From: an uncultured Bacilli bacterium
Lineage (GTDB): Bacteria; Bacillota_I; Bacilli_A; Mycoplasmatales; Mycoplasmoidaceae
Direction: 5' to 3'
Length of the DNA: 64,000 bases
Assembly (NCBI GenBank): GCA_904501665.1
Contig: CAJGBT010000001.1
Span: 657 to 64,656 of the forward strand
This document shows positions 11,745 through 24,723 of this stretch, piece by piece (within the stretch, counting starts at the first letter, position 1; each line of letters opens with the position of its first letter). The notes below the pieces were generated by a model that had not been told where the DNA came from, ran no database searches, and worked only from the letters and a program-made list of their open reading frames with translations. Position numbers and translations under genes: made by a program.

Positions 11745-14390
11745 ATGATTAAAAGTTTAGAAAAAAAATATAATCATCAAAATATTGAGAAAGATAAGTA
11801 CAAATTTTGAATTTCGAAAAATCTTTTTAAACCTAACCAAAACGGAAAACCTTTTTGTATCATTTTACCACCACCAAATGTTACTGGTATTTTACATCTA
11901 GGTCATGCTTGAGATGCAGCAATTCAAGACACTATAATTAGATATAAAAAAATATTAGGTTATAAAACATTATGAATTCCTGGTTTTGATCATGCTGGAA
12001 TTGCTACCCAAACAAAATATGAAGAATATTTAAGAAAAAATAATTTACCACCACGAACAAAAACAAAACGTCAAAATTTTATTAATGATATTAATGTATG
12101 AAAAGATAAGAATGCTGACTTTATTAAACAACAATGGGCCGCATTAGGTCTATCATTAGAATATAATTATTTAAAATTCACTCTAGATAAACAAGCTAAT
12201 AGTATAGTTAATAAAGTTTTTATTGAGTTATATAATAATAATTTAATTTATAAAGGTTTAAAATTAGTTAATTGGGATGTTAAACTACAAACAGCTATTA
12301 GTGATATTGAGGTAATACATTCTAGTAAAAAAGTTCCTCTATATTATTTAAAATACTATTTCACAAAAAAGAATAAAAAATATATTGAAGTAGCTACAAT
12401 TAGACCAGAAACTATGTTTGGTGATGTTTGCATTTTTGTAAATCCTAATGATAAAAGATATAAAAAATATATTGGTGAAACTGTCATCAACCCTATTAAT
12501 GGTCAAGAGTTAAAAATCATTGCAGATAAATATATTAAAATAGATTTTGGTTCAGGTGCTATGAAATGTACACCAGCTCATGACTTTAATGATTATGAAT
12601 TAGCTAATAAACATAATTTGAAAAAAATTAATATTATGAATCCTGATGGTACTATGAATGAGTTATGTAATGAGTATCAAGGATTAGATCGATTAGAATG
12701 TCGTAAAAAAGTAATTGAAAAATTGAAACAAAAAGGTTTTATAGCTAAAATTGATGAAAATTACGAAACACAGGTTGGACATAGTGAAAGAACTGGAGAA
12801 ATTGTAGAGCCTTATCTTTCAAAACAATGGTTTATGAAAATGAAACCATTAGCAAAAAAAGTTATTTCTAACCAGAAAAAACATAATAATGGTGCTACTA
12901 GTTTTTTACCTAAAAGGTTTGAAAAAACCCTTTTAACTTGATTAGAAAATATTGATGATTGATGTATAAGTCGTCAATTATGATGAGGACATCAAATTCC
13001 AGTTTGATATCATAAAGTGACTAATCAAATTTTTGTTGGTGAAAAATCTCAATTACCAGAAAAATCTTCAAATTGAATTCAAGATGAAGATGTACTTGAT
13101 ACTTGATTTTCTTCAGGTCTATGACCATTAATCTGTTTAGAATGAAACAGTAAATCTAAATTATTTGATGACTTCTTTCCTACAAGCATTTTAATTACTG
13201 GCTATGATATTATCTTTTTTTGAGTATCAAGGATGATGATGTTATCTACATATTTTGTTAATAAATCACCATTTAAAAATGTATATATTCATGGATTAAT
13301 TAGAGATAATCAAGGTCGAAAAATGTCTAAGTCATTAGGTAATGGGATAGAACCAAATGAAATTATTAAACAATATGGTGCAGACACATTAAGATTGTTT
13401 TTAACCTCAACTTCTACAATGGGTGAAGATCTAAATTTTTCAATTGAAAAAATCAAAAATAATTGAAATTTTTTAAATAAATTGTGAAATTCAGCACGTT
13501 TTGTTTTTAGCCATGTTAATCAAGATATTAAGTATAAATTACACATTCAAAAATTACCAAAGATCTGTATTTGAATTTTAAATAAAATGAATAAAGTAAT
13601 TGAAAAAGTAAATAAAAATATGGATGAATATAATTTTGTTATTTCTACAAAATACTTATATGATTTTATTTGAAATGATTTTTGTAATATTTTTTTGGAA
13701 TTTGCTAAAGTTTTAATTCATAATAAACAACATGCAAATGATGTAATTGCAACAATGCTTTTAGTACTTAAAAATATTTTAATAATGTTACATCCCCAAT
13801 GTCCTTTTATTACAGAAGAAATTTATCAATTATTTCCAGATAAAAAAATATCAATATTGAAAGAAAAATGACCAAGTAAAATTAATAATTTACCTAGAGA
13901 AAATCAAGCTGAAAACTTGATTGCAATTATTAATTGTATTCGTAGAAATAGACTTGAAAATAATATTCCTAATAGTCAAAAATTATTAATCAATATTTTA
14001 ACTAAAAATTCTATTAAATCATTAGATAGTGCAAAAGCATTTTTTAATGAATATTTAATCATTGTAAATTGTGAAATTACTAGTATTACTAATGTATCAA
14101 TAATTGGTAGTAAAATTACTGAAGTAATCAAGAATTTTACAATCGAAATCCCTTTCAAAAAAAATAAAACAAAAGAAATAGAAAAAATTAATTTTTTAAT
14201 AAATAAATTAAATCAAGAAATTGAACGTTCTCATTCAATTTTGAAAAACAATAATTTTATTACTAAAGCACCAAAGCATAAAGTTGATCAAGAAAAAGCA
14301 AAATTAAAATTATATGAAGAACAATTAAAAAATGCTAATGATTCATTAGATAATTTAATGATGGAAGATGATCATAATGAAGATCATTAA
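11745..14390 (+). CDS. valS: Valine--tRNA ligase
   Basis: Frame-0 pieces are joined by [18 protein letters not shown] (HIGH) and RKMSKSLGN (KMSKS) motifs are present, with a C-terminal coiled coil. Confidence 0.92.
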
Positions 14391-15255
14391 ACTGATACCT
14401 CAAGGATTTTGTTATGGAGTTACTTATGCTTACAACCAAACTAAAAAAATTATTCAAGAAAATCCAAATAAAAAAATATATATGTTAGGTTGGTTAGTGC
14501 ATAATCAATTGGTAGTTGAAGAATTTAAACAATTAGGTTTAATTATTTTAGATGATAAGGAAAAAACAAGATACGAATTAATAAATTCATTAACTGAGAA
14601 TGTTAAAAATAATATTTTATTATTATCAGCTCATGGAACAGATAATAATACAATTGCACTAGCAAAACAAAAAGGTTTTGAAATTTATGATTTAACTTGT
14701 AAATATGTTTATAAAACTCATCATGTTATTCATGAAAAAATTAATGATGGATTCAATATTATTTTTGTTGGTAAAAAGTTACACCCTGAAACCTTAGCAA
14801 TTAAATCGATATCTCCAAATATTAAGATAATTGAATCTGCAACTGATATTAAGGATTTAACATTTAAACAAGGTGAAAAAATATTTTGTACCAACCAAAC
14901 AACATTAGGGATAAATTATCTAGAAAATATTTTTAAAGAATTAATTGTAAAATATCCCAATATTCAATTTCAAAATGATATTTGTGATGCCACTAGTCAA
15001 CGTCAATTAGCTGTTATAAATATGGATAAAGATATTGATATTTGTATTATTGTTGGCGATAAAAGATCAAGTAATTGTAATGAATTATTAAAGATTGCTA
15101 ATAAAAAGGTTACTAGTTATTTAGTTTCAAAAATTGAAGATATCAATCCACTATGATTTAAAAACAAAAAAAAGTGTGCAGTAACTGCAGGTGCTTCTAC
15201 ACCCAGTTATTTAATTGAAAAGATCATTATTTTTTTAAGTAATGAAATTAAATAA
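14368..15255 (+). CDS. ispH: 4-hydroxy-3-methylbut-2-enyl diphosphate reductase (MEP pathway)
   Basis: (M)[14 protein letters not shown] start, SAHG, NQTT and a GDKRSSN-type motif. It extends through TGA to TAA at 15253-15255. An alternative start lies at 14377. Confidence 0.8.
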
Positions 15256-15305
15256 ACATATTTTATTTTTTAAAAATTATTGATAAAATTTATTTAATTT
15301 TAATT

Positions 15306-15953
15306 ATGAAAAAAAACAAACATCCAATTTTAATATTAGTGTCAGGACCATCTGGTTCAGGTAAAACAACACTAAGTCAAAGAATTGCTAATAGTGTACC
15401 TAATAATGTTAATGTTGTAGTTATTTCTCAAGATGATTTCTATAATGAAAAGAAAATGATACCAAAATTAAATGGTATTTTTAATTATGATCATCCAGAT
15501 GCATTTAATTGAAAACTAATTAAAAAAACATTAAATGATTTATTAAATACTAATAAAAAGGTAACAATATATAAATATGATTTTAATATTAGCAAAACAA
15601 CAAGTGAAGTTTCAGTTACAGCTCAAGATGTTGATTTAATAATTTTTGAAGGTTTATTCACTCTATATGATAAACAAATAAGAGAACTTGCTGATTTAAC
15701 AGTTTTTGTTGAAACTGAATTAGATGAATGTTTTATTCGGAGAATATTAAGAGATATTCATGAACGCGGAAGGAATATTGATAATGTAATTGTTAAATGA
15801 AGAAGTATTGTTAAACCAATGTATAAATTTTACATTGAGCCTCTTAAATTTGATGTTGATATTATAATTCCATGAGATGAAACAAAAGAAAATTCAATTA
15901 GCCTTCTTACAAATTGAATTACAACTAATGCGATTAAAAAAAATAGGAAATAA
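15306..15953 (+). CDS. udk: Uridine kinase
   Basis: SGPSGSGKTT P-loop and the DDFY, NYDHPDAF and RRILRDI motifs. Joined through TGA codons. Confidence 0.85.
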
Positions 15954-15954
15954 A

Positions 15955-17340
15955 ATGAAAGTTAAAGATTTTAATTTACTACATGCAAAAACAAAAATAG
16001 AACAAACAGCTTCATTCAGAATAGCTTGTTTAAAGAAAATGAAGCATAATATTTTGTTATATGAAGAAGCAATTAAAAAAGCTTTATTAAAGGATCTAAA
16101 TAAAAGTTTTAAGGAAACATATTTATGTGAGATTAATGAAGTATTAGAAGAAATTGATTATCATATTAAACATTTAAAAAAGTGAGTAAAACCAAGGAAA
16201 GTAAAATCAACATATCAAACCTTTAATTGTAAATCATTTATTCATTCTATTCCTCGAGGAAAAGTATTGCTGATTGTTCCGTTTAATTATCCATTTAATT
16301 TATGCTTTATGCCATTAATTGGGATTATCAGTGCAGGTAATCAAGCTATTATTAAGATGTCATCTTCAACCCCAAACATTAATAAAGTGATTAAACAAAT
16401 TATTAAAGCAACTTTTAGTATTCATCATATAGGTTTTATTGATCAAAATATGATTAAGAATTATGATGAATTATTTGATTATGAACCTGATTTTGTTTTC
16501 TTTACTGGAAGTAGTGTTGTAGGAGCTCAAATTGCTAAAAAATGTGTTGAAAATAAAATTAATTATATTACTGAATTAGGTGGACAATCACCATGTTTAG
16601 TACTACATGAGACCAATAACATTTATCAAAGAATTGTTTGAGCAAAATTTCTAAATGCCGGCCAAACTTGCATAACTCTTAACCATATACTTTATAATAA
16701 TGATATTAAAACTTTTGAAACTAATTTAATTAATGAAATTAAAAAACAATATCCAGATCCAATTAAAAATAAAAATATTCCTAAAATTATTAATCAAAAA
16801 AACTTTGATCGCTTAGTTAATATTTTAAAACAGCAGCACAACAATATTATTTATGGTGGTAAATATGATAAAAAAACACTAATTATTGAACCAACTGTTA
16901 TTAGAGCTAAGAGCTTAAGTGACATTAAGCAATATGGTGAAATTTTTGGACCAATCATTTTTATATATGAAAAACATGGAACTAACTTAATAGATTATAC
17001 TAATGATGCTAATTTTATTGATAATAGTCCATTAGCTGCATACTTGTATTCACAAAATAAATCTGATTTTAATAACTTTTTTAACAATATTAATGCTGGT
17101 GGATATTGTATCAATGATGCTATAACTCATATTTTAAACCACCACTTACCATTTGGCGGTGTTAAAAATAGTGGCTTTGGTAGCTACCATGGTAAGTTTA
17201 GTTTTGATTCACTTTCATATAAAAAACCAGTAGTTATTAATAAATCCAAAAAGGACTTTAATATTAAATTTATAAATAATGATATTCAATTAAATAGGAT
17301 TAAAAGATATTTGAAAATAATTAAATGTTTTATTAAATAA
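15955..17340 (+). CDS. Aldehyde dehydrogenase family protein (ALDH3-like)
   Basis: Frame-1 pieces are joined by TGA. ELGGQSP, the catalytic NAGQTC and FGGVKNSGFGSYHG are present. Confidence 0.8.
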
Positions 17341-17536
17341 TTTTATTTATTTTTTTATATATTTAAATTTATTTTTAATAAGCTAGAAAAATTTGACAAA
17401 AAAAATTTAAAACAAATAAAAAGGGAGGTAAATTTAAATCAACATATGAACTAAAGCATTTATATTAATTAAAAAGGTTAAAATGCTAATATATAATATA
17501 TTGTATAGTTCAAGTTTTTCTAGACAATCTACATTT

Positions 17537-18844
17537 ATGGATATTTTAAGTATTATTAATAAAAAGAAACAGAAGCGAGAATTAACTGAACAAGAAATTG
17601 ATTTTTTTGTTTATGAATATACTATTAATAAGACAATTAAAGACTATCAAGCTAGCAGTTTATTAACAGCTATGAATATAAATGGATTATCAAATAATGA
17701 AACATATTATCTTACAAAATCCTTTATCAATTACTCCTCTAAGTTTGAATTTGATAAAAATAATGAAGTTTTAATAGATAAACATAGTTCTGGTGGAATA
17801 GGTGATAAAGTATCAATTATAATAATTCCAATTTTATTAGCACTTGGTTATAAAATAGCAAAAATTTCTGGTAGAGGTTTAGGTTTTACTGGCGGAACAA
17901 TTGATAAATTAGATTCTATAAAAACTAAAACTAATTTTTCCTTTAATAAAGCCAATAAAATTTTTAAGAAAATAGGATCAATATTGATGCAGCAAACTGA
18001 CGATTTAGTCCCATCAGATAAACTTATTTATGCATTAAGGGATGTAACAGCAAATGTTGACTCTCCTGGTTTAATTGTATCTAGCATTTTATCAAAAAAG
18101 TTTGTTGTTAATAGTGATTATATTTTTATTGATTTGAAAGTTGGAAGTGGAGCATTAGCAAATGATTTAAAAAAAGCAAACGAATTAGCTAAGCGCATGA
18201 TAAACGTTGCAAATCTAATGAATAGAAAAATATGTATAACATTAACTAATATGAATGAACCACTAGGACATTTTGTTGGTAATTTTTTAGAAATTAAGGA
18301 ATCTATTAATTTTTTATTAAATATTAATGTTAGTAATGATCTAAAGGAAATTATCTATGAATTTGTTATTAAAATTTTATTACTAACAAAAAAAGCAAAG
18401 AATCAATCAGAAGCTATTAAAAAAATTGATAGTGTTATAAACAATAAAATAGCATATGAATTATTTTTAAAATGATTAAAAGAACAAAAAGCCAGTTTAA
18501 AACAATTAAAAAAATATCAACAGATTAAAAGTAAATATATTTTAAACGTGAATTCAAATAAAACAGGATATTTAGAGTTTATTAGTGCTAGTGAAATAGG
18601 TTTAATTTCATTAGAATTAGGTGCAGGTCGGAAAACAAAAAATTCTAAAATTGATTTTTGAGCAGGAATTGAAATCTTGAAAAAGAACAATAATTTAGTT
18701 AAAAAAGGGGGAACTATTGCAAAGTTATATAGCTCAAAACCAATAGATGAAAAGCTCATTATGCGCTATTTAAATAATCTAAAATTTAATAAAAAGGCTA
18801 AAAACTACAAAAGTATCATAATTAATTCATTAACTAACATGTAA
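17537..18844 (+). CDS. pdp: Pyrimidine-nucleoside (thymidine) phosphorylase
   Basis: MDILSIINKKK...EIDFFV...DYQASSLLTAM...HSSGGIGDKVS. It extends through TGA to TAA at 18842-18844. Confidence 0.85.
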
Positions 18845-18905
18845 ATAATATATAATTTATCAATCAAGATATATAAAATAAAATGAAATTTTCAAGAGGT
18901 GAAAA

Positions 18906-20786
18906 ATGAAAATATGATCATTTAAATTTAAAAGAAGCAAAAAAAATAATCCAACTATAGCAGATTTTTTAGATGATAAGACTAGGAGATTAGAAAGAGC
19001 AAAAACTAATAGTTATGATTATCCTAATCATTCAAATAAAGATAATGTTTCTATATCAAAAGGTCAAAATAAAACTAAACATAACACAAAAAAAACATCA
19101 ACTAAAAAAACAACTAATAATAAATCTAATAATGAGATTGTAAAAAAACAAGCAACTACAAAGACATTAAATAAGTTAACTAAAACAACCAAAACAACTC
19201 CTACTAAATCTATACAAAAGTCTGGGAAACCAAAAAAAGAAGTTGTTAATAAAAATGTAAAGCAAAAAAAGGTAGCATCTCCATCAAAAACTAAACAAGT
19301 AGTTAAAAAAGAAAATACAAAAAAAATAGAAAAAGTAAAAGAACCAATTAAAAAAAGTATTTCAAAAGAACAATCAAGTAAAAAAATTAATCGAGTTCAA
19401 CTTAAATTAACCTCTTCAAAAAATAAAAAAATTGAATATGATGCAGATATTTTAGATAAAGATGTTAAGGTTTCTAAATCTGAAAAAAGAAGTAAAGACT
19501 CTCTAGAAAATGTTAATATTCCTAAATTATCTTTTAATGAAAGTGTTGATATATTAGAAAATAGAATCGATCCATTAGAAATTGGTTTATTAGATTCATC
19601 TACTAGAAACACTTCAAAGAATTTCTTATTAACTCCAAATCAAATTCTTGAAAAATTAATTAGAGATTCAAAAAATAGAAAAGGTCATTTACAAAATATT
19701 TTAGAATACTCAAAAGTTGAATTTGCTTTTTGTAATATTGATTTGGAAGATGAGCAATTAGAAGAAGTTTACAATTCATTAACATCAGCTGGTATTCAAT
19801 TAGTTGATGAATTGCCAAAAAAGAAAGTTACTGACTCTAAAAAAACTGTCCAATTTTCAGAAGATGATTTAGAGGTTTATGAATCTACATCCTCATCTAC
19901 TTTAAATGAAAAGGTTGATGATGGTGTAAAATCATTCCTTTCAACTCTAGGTGCTTCTAAAATGCTTAAAGCAGATGAAGAAATTAAAATTGCTAAATTA
20001 TTAGAATCAAAAGATGCTGACATTAGAAGAAATGCTAAAAATCAACTACTTACATCAAATTTAAGATTAGTAACATCGATTGCTAAAAAATATTTAAATC
20101 GTGGCTTAGCAATTGAAGATTTAATACAAGAGGGTTCAATAGGTTTAATGAAAGCTATTGATAAATTTGAATGAAGTCATGGTAATAAGTTCTCAACTTA
20201 TGCAACTTGATGAATAAGACAAGCAATTACAAGAGCAATTGCTGATCAAGCAAGAACTATTCGAATTCCTGTTCATATGGTTGAAACTATTAATAAATTA
20301 GTAAAAGCAGAAAGGATGCTAACACAAGAATTAGGACGAGATCCTACTGTTGATGAACTAAGTGAAAGAATGGGTGGTGTTGCAGCTGGATTTTCACCTA
20401 AAAAAATTATTGATATTAAGAAAATTAATTCTGAACCCATTTCATTTGATCGACCAATTAACCATGATGAAGAATCTAAATTTATTGATTTTGTTCAAGA
20501 TAATGATATTATGACACCAGAACAATATACCAATAAACAACAAATAATGGAACATATTGATGAAATTTTCAAAAAAGTTCTAACTAGTAAAGAAGAAGAT
20601 ATTATTCGTCGTCGTTATGGTTTAGAACCATATTCAAGACCTATGACATTAGAAGAAGTAGGAAAGGCGCATAATTTTACAAGAGAACGAGCAAGACAAG
20701 TTGAAGCAAAAGCAATAAGAAAATTAAAACATCCATCTAAATCATCAAAACTTAAAGCTTTTTTAATTAATGAAAATAAGAATTAA
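18906..20786 (+). CDS. rpoD: RNA polymerase sigma factor RpoD/SigA with a ~278-aa Lys/Thr-rich N-terminal extension
   Basis: AGAGGTG RBS. Regions 2-4 are recognisable ([55 protein letters not shown]), and frame 0 is open back to the ATG at 18906. Confidence 0.9.
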
Positions 20787-21444
20787 TGCAATTGCGAGTT
20801 TAATTAATAAATCTAATATTGTGATCGATGTTGGTAGTGACCACTGTTATTTAGCAATTGAATTGCTCAATAACAATCAATGTCAACATGTTATTAATAT
20901 TGAAAAAAATGCTCAACCATTATATTCTGGAATACAAAATTTAACAAAAAAACAATTAATAGACAAAACAACTAATATTTTAAATAATGGTCTACAAAAT
21001 TTAGATTTAAAACAAATTAATAATCAAGTGGATTACATTGTTATTGCTGGAATGGGTTCTAATAATATTATTAATATTCTTTCAAACAATAATAACATTA
21101 GTTTTAAATATCTTGTTTTGCAATCTAACAATAATTTATATCGATTAAGAAGTTTTTTAAAGAAACAAAAACTTAAAATTATTAAGGAATTATATGTTTG
21201 TGAAAATAAAATAATTTATCCAATTTTACTAATTAAAAAAGTAAATTTTCCTATTTTTTACTCTAATGAAGATTTATACTTTGGCAAAAAGAAAAATATT
21301 TCTAATAAAAATGAATATTTATTTTTTTTAGCTAATAGGTTAAAATATTTAAGATTACAAAAAGCAAATCATTATAAAGTTAGTGAACTTTTAAGTTATG
21401 AAATAAGACTTTTAGAAAAAAGGATCAATTTTTATGAATGCTAA
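20770..21444 (+). CDS. trmK: tRNA (adenine22-N1)-methyltransferase TrmK-like
   Basis: IVIDVGSDHCYLAIEL SAM-binding start. It sits in the conserved rpoD-trmK-nif3 order known from Bacillus. Confidence 0.7.
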   Translation: MKIRINAIASLINKSNIVIDVGSDHCYLAIELLNNNQCQHVINIEKNAQPLYSGIQNLTKKQLIDKTTNILNNGLQNLDLKQINNQVDYIVIAGMGSNNIINILSNNNNISFKYLVLQSNNNLYRLRSFLKKQKLKIIKELYVCENKIIYPILLIKKVNFPIFYSNEDLYFGKKKNISNKNEYLFFLANRLKYLRLQKANHYKVSELLSYEIRLLEKRINFYEC

Positions 21445-22183
21445 AGAAATATATAGTTATCTAGATAAAGTTTTTAAGTTCAACAATCAAGAAGAATGAG
21501 ATAATTCAATTGCTCATTTTCATAATTTTCATCCTGTTAGAAAAATCTTAATTTGCCTAGATATTAATGAAAATATTTATCAAATTTCCAAAAAAAATGA
21601 GGTTGATTTAGTTATTTCTCATCACCCGCTTTTTACAGAACCACCATCATCAAAAAACTTTCATACTAGAAAGTTATTGGGTAAATTTAAAAATAATAAC
21701 ATTAGTTTAATTTTTTTACATACCCCTTTTGATAAATCTATTTATGGAATGAATACAAAATTAGCATCAAAATTAAATCTTTTTGATATTAATGTGGCTA
21801 AAGATAATATGACTATTATTGGTAAAACAAGAAAATGTAAATTATATAAATTTGCTAAAATTGCAAAAAGTAGTTTAGAAAGTGATTTTGCTTCTTATCT
21901 ATCAAGATATAAAAATATTGATGTAGAGAAAGTAGCAATTTGTGGTGGTAGTGCTGCTAGTAATATGTATGATTTAATTGATGAAGATTTTGATGTTTTT
22001 ATAACATGTGATTTAAAACATCATGCTTGAATTGATAGTGTTGATCTAAATATTCCAATTATTAATTTAAATCATAATATTGAAAATATTTTTATTGATG
22101 AAGTCGCTACAAGATTGAGAGAGTTTTTAGTAAATGTAGATATTATTAAAGCAAAATCATCATTACATATAGTTTATTTATAA
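21434..22183 (+). CDS. Nif3-family dinuclear metal-center protein
   Basis: VDLVISHHPLF, LHTPFD and CDLKHHA motifs. Joined through TGA. Confidence 0.75.
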
Positions 22184-22259
22184 ATTTTAATTTAATTTAA
22201 TGTATAATTTTAAAGTTTAATTTAGTTTGAATAGTTAAAATAAGAATAGGAAAAAAACA

Positions 22260-22379
22260 ATGGGTAGAAGAAGAAAAAAAGTTAGAGAACATAAAAAGCA
22301 AGTTCAATTAGATAAAAGAATTAAAAATATTAAACGTAAAGCTAAAAAAGCAAATAAAAAAAATGCTAAAAAATCTTAG
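22260..22379 (+). CDS. Hypothetical 39-aa highly basic peptide
   Basis: MGRRRKKVREHKKQVQLDKRIKNIKRKAKKANKKNAKKS, a stand-alone ORF in an intergenic region. No family recognised. Confidence 0.3.
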   Translation: MGRRRKKVREHKKQVQLDKRIKNIKRKAKKANKKNAKKS

Positions 22380-22435
22380 TGTTTTTTTATTTAAATATAA
22401 GTACAATAATTATGAATATAAAAAATTACGATGTT

Positions 22436-22460
22436 AAAACCCTATGATTTGGGGTTTTTT
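22436..22460 (+). terminator. Rho-independent terminator candidate
   Basis: AAAACCC tatgattt GGGGTTTT followed by a T-run. Confidence 0.5.
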
Positions 22461-22593
22461 CATTTATATTTGATTTTTGTATTAATCAAAGGATTATTTT
22501 TTAAACCAATTGCTACTTAATAAGATTTTTTTTGATAATAATATTTTAATGAATGTTCAATAAAAATATTATTTAAAGAGACTTTTTATCTCT

Positions 22594-22639
22594 ATAAAAA
22601 TTAAAAAGTGCTCTACCATTGTTATAATGGTGTGCACTT
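22594..22639 (-). terminator. Terminator candidate for the peroxiredoxin gene
   Basis: Two-part hairpin AAGTGC..ACCATT gtta AATGGT..GCACTT, followed on the minus strand by TTTTTAATTTTT. Confidence 0.5.
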
Positions 22640-22705
22640 AATAATTTAGTTTGGATAAACACTTAAAAATCTTAGTGTTTTTATATTAAATTAATTTTTT
22701 ATTAA

Positions 22706-23299
22706 TTAAATGTTTTTAGCATTTTTCTTTAAGTAGTCTGCTACACCTTTACTAGTTGGTTTCATAGCATCTTGACCCTTTTTTCAATTTGCTGGACAAA
22801 CTTCTCCATGCTCATTAACAAAATTAATTGCGTCACAAAGTCTTAGTGTTTCATTAACATTTCTACCAAGTGGCAAATCGTTAATAGTAGCATGTCTAAT
22901 ATTTTTGTCTTTATCAATAATAAATGTTGCTCTTAAAGTAATAGCATCATCAAATAAAACATCATAAGCTGTAGCTATTTCTTTTTTAATATCAGCTAAA
23001 ATCGGGAAATCGATTTTACCAATACCACCATTTGCAACTTCAGTGTTTTTTCAAGCCAAGTGAACCATTTCACTATCACATGAAACACCTGCTAAGTTAT
23101 AACCCCTATTTTGAAATTCTTTTAATCTATTATTAAAAGCAATAATTTCAGTTGGACAAACAAAAGTAAAATCTTTAGGTCAGAAAAATAAAATTAATCC
23201 ATTTTTACCAATAAGATCTTTTATACTCACAGATTTTATAGAGTTATTAGCCATTACAGCATCTACTTTAAAATCAATTGCTTTATTAGTTACTAACAT
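22706..23299 (-). CDS. Peroxiredoxin (typical 2-Cys AhpC/Tsa type)
   Basis: It is absent from the ORF track because of TGA codons. The minus strand reads [11 protein letters not shown]...[16 protein letters not shown]...EVCPANWKKG. AGGAGAA RBS. Confidence 0.85.
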
Positions 23300-23399
23300 A
23301 TTTTCTCCTTTCTATATATTTTATTTTAATTATTTTTTTATAAATATCAAATCAATTATAATTATTGCTGTAAAATATATGATATATTTAAGGAGTAAT

Positions 23400-23840
23400 A
23401 TGATTGATAAATTAACAATTGCTGCTAAAGAAACAATTCGTAATAACAAAAAAGGTAGTGGAATTGAATTTACAGACCTTTGAAAAAATGTAGCAAAAAA
23501 ATGTAATCTTAAACCTGATTCTGAGACTATTAGTGATTTTTATCAAGAATTAATTGAAAATCAAGATTTTGTAAAAATTGATAACAAGCGTTGAACATTA
23601 AGAGAATTAATTTCTTGTGATCAATTTAATAAAATATCAAAATCTTTATTCACATCTTCCTTAGATGATGTTGAAGAAGAAGGATCAAAAGAATTTATGT
23701 CAGAATATGAAAAAATTGAGGCTAAACATAAATTTAGAAATTCTGATACTAGTTCATTAGAAGTTGATGAATATGAAGTTGAACAACTTAATGATGAAGA
23801 TTTTGATGAAGAAGAAGATAATGACGATGACAAAGAATAA
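23400..23840 (+). CDS. rpoE: RNA polymerase delta subunit
   Basis: The N-terminal HARE-HTH-like region (FTDLWKNVAKK..., KRWTLRE) and the strongly acidic C-terminal tail DEDFDEEEDNDDDKE are typical of RpoE. Confidence 0.8.
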
Positions 23841-24717
23841 GAATAATTTAGCAAATTTAAAAAAAATGCTAAAAGTTGCACAAACTTTTAACTATGCTAT
23901 TCCTCAAATTAATGCTAATAATTTAGAATGAATTATGGCAATCTTAGAAGCTGCAAATGAATCTAATTCTCCTGTTATCATTGGTATTTCTGAAGGTGCA
24001 GCCAAATATATGTGAGGATATAAAAATGTTGTAGATATGGTTAGCAACATGATTAAGTTTAAAAATATTACTATCCCTGTTGCTTTACATTTGGACCATG
24101 GAACTCTAAATGGATGTATTGCAGCATTAGAAGCAGGATTTAGTTCAGTAATGTACGATGGTAGTTCATTACCAATAAAAGAAAATATGGCTAATACTCA
24201 AAGAATAGTTAAATTAGCTAAAAAATATAATGCTTCTGTTGAAGCAGAAGTTGGTGGAATTGGTGGTAATGAAGATGGTGTTACTTCATTAGGTGAGTTT
24301 GCTAATGTGGGTGATTGTATGGATATGGCTACATTAGACATTGATGCTTTAGCTGTAGCAATTGGTTCCATACATGGTATTTATCCAAAAGAATGAAAAT
24401 CACTTGATTTTAATCTATTAACACAAATATCTGAATTAGTTAATAAACCATTAGTTTTACATGGTGGTACAGGTATTCCAAAAGATCAAATTAAAAGAGC
24501 AATTGCAAATGGTATCAACAAGATTAATGTTAATACTGAATGTCAATTAGCTTTTGCATATGCTACTAGAAAATACATTATGGACAAAAAAGATTTAGAC
24601 GTTTCTAAAAAAGGATATGATCCTAGAAAATTATTAAAACCTGGTCAAGAGGCTATTAAAATAGTTTGTATTGAAAAATTTAAAGAATTTGGTTCTTTTG
24701 GAACATTTAAGGATTAA
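23827..24717 (+). CDS. fba: Fructose-bisphosphate aldolase class II
   Basis: LKKMLKVAQTFNYAIPQINANNLEW..., ALHLDHG and VLHGGTGIP motifs. Alternative starts lie at 23821 and 23866. Confidence 0.85.
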
Positions 24718-24723
24718 TAATAT

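Noticed and set aside
17384-17522. A 9-bp inverted repeat (CTAGAAAAA / TTTTTCTAG) bracketing ~120 nt upstream of pdp, with an orphan strong SD-like AAGGGAGGT and a mini-ORF ATG-AAC-TAA. I considered it as a riboswitch or leader.
   Set aside because: I found no match to any purine, PyrR or other leader consensus that I know. Short AT-rich inverted repeats are frequent by chance in this genome.
22365-22685. An ~18-nt repeat, AAAAATCTTAGTGTTTTT, at 22368-22385 and 22665-22682, flanking the intergenic region between the small basic ORF and the peroxiredoxin gene.
   Set aside because: It is short and AT-rich, has only two copies, and I found no associated ORF or structure. I noted it but do not interpret it.
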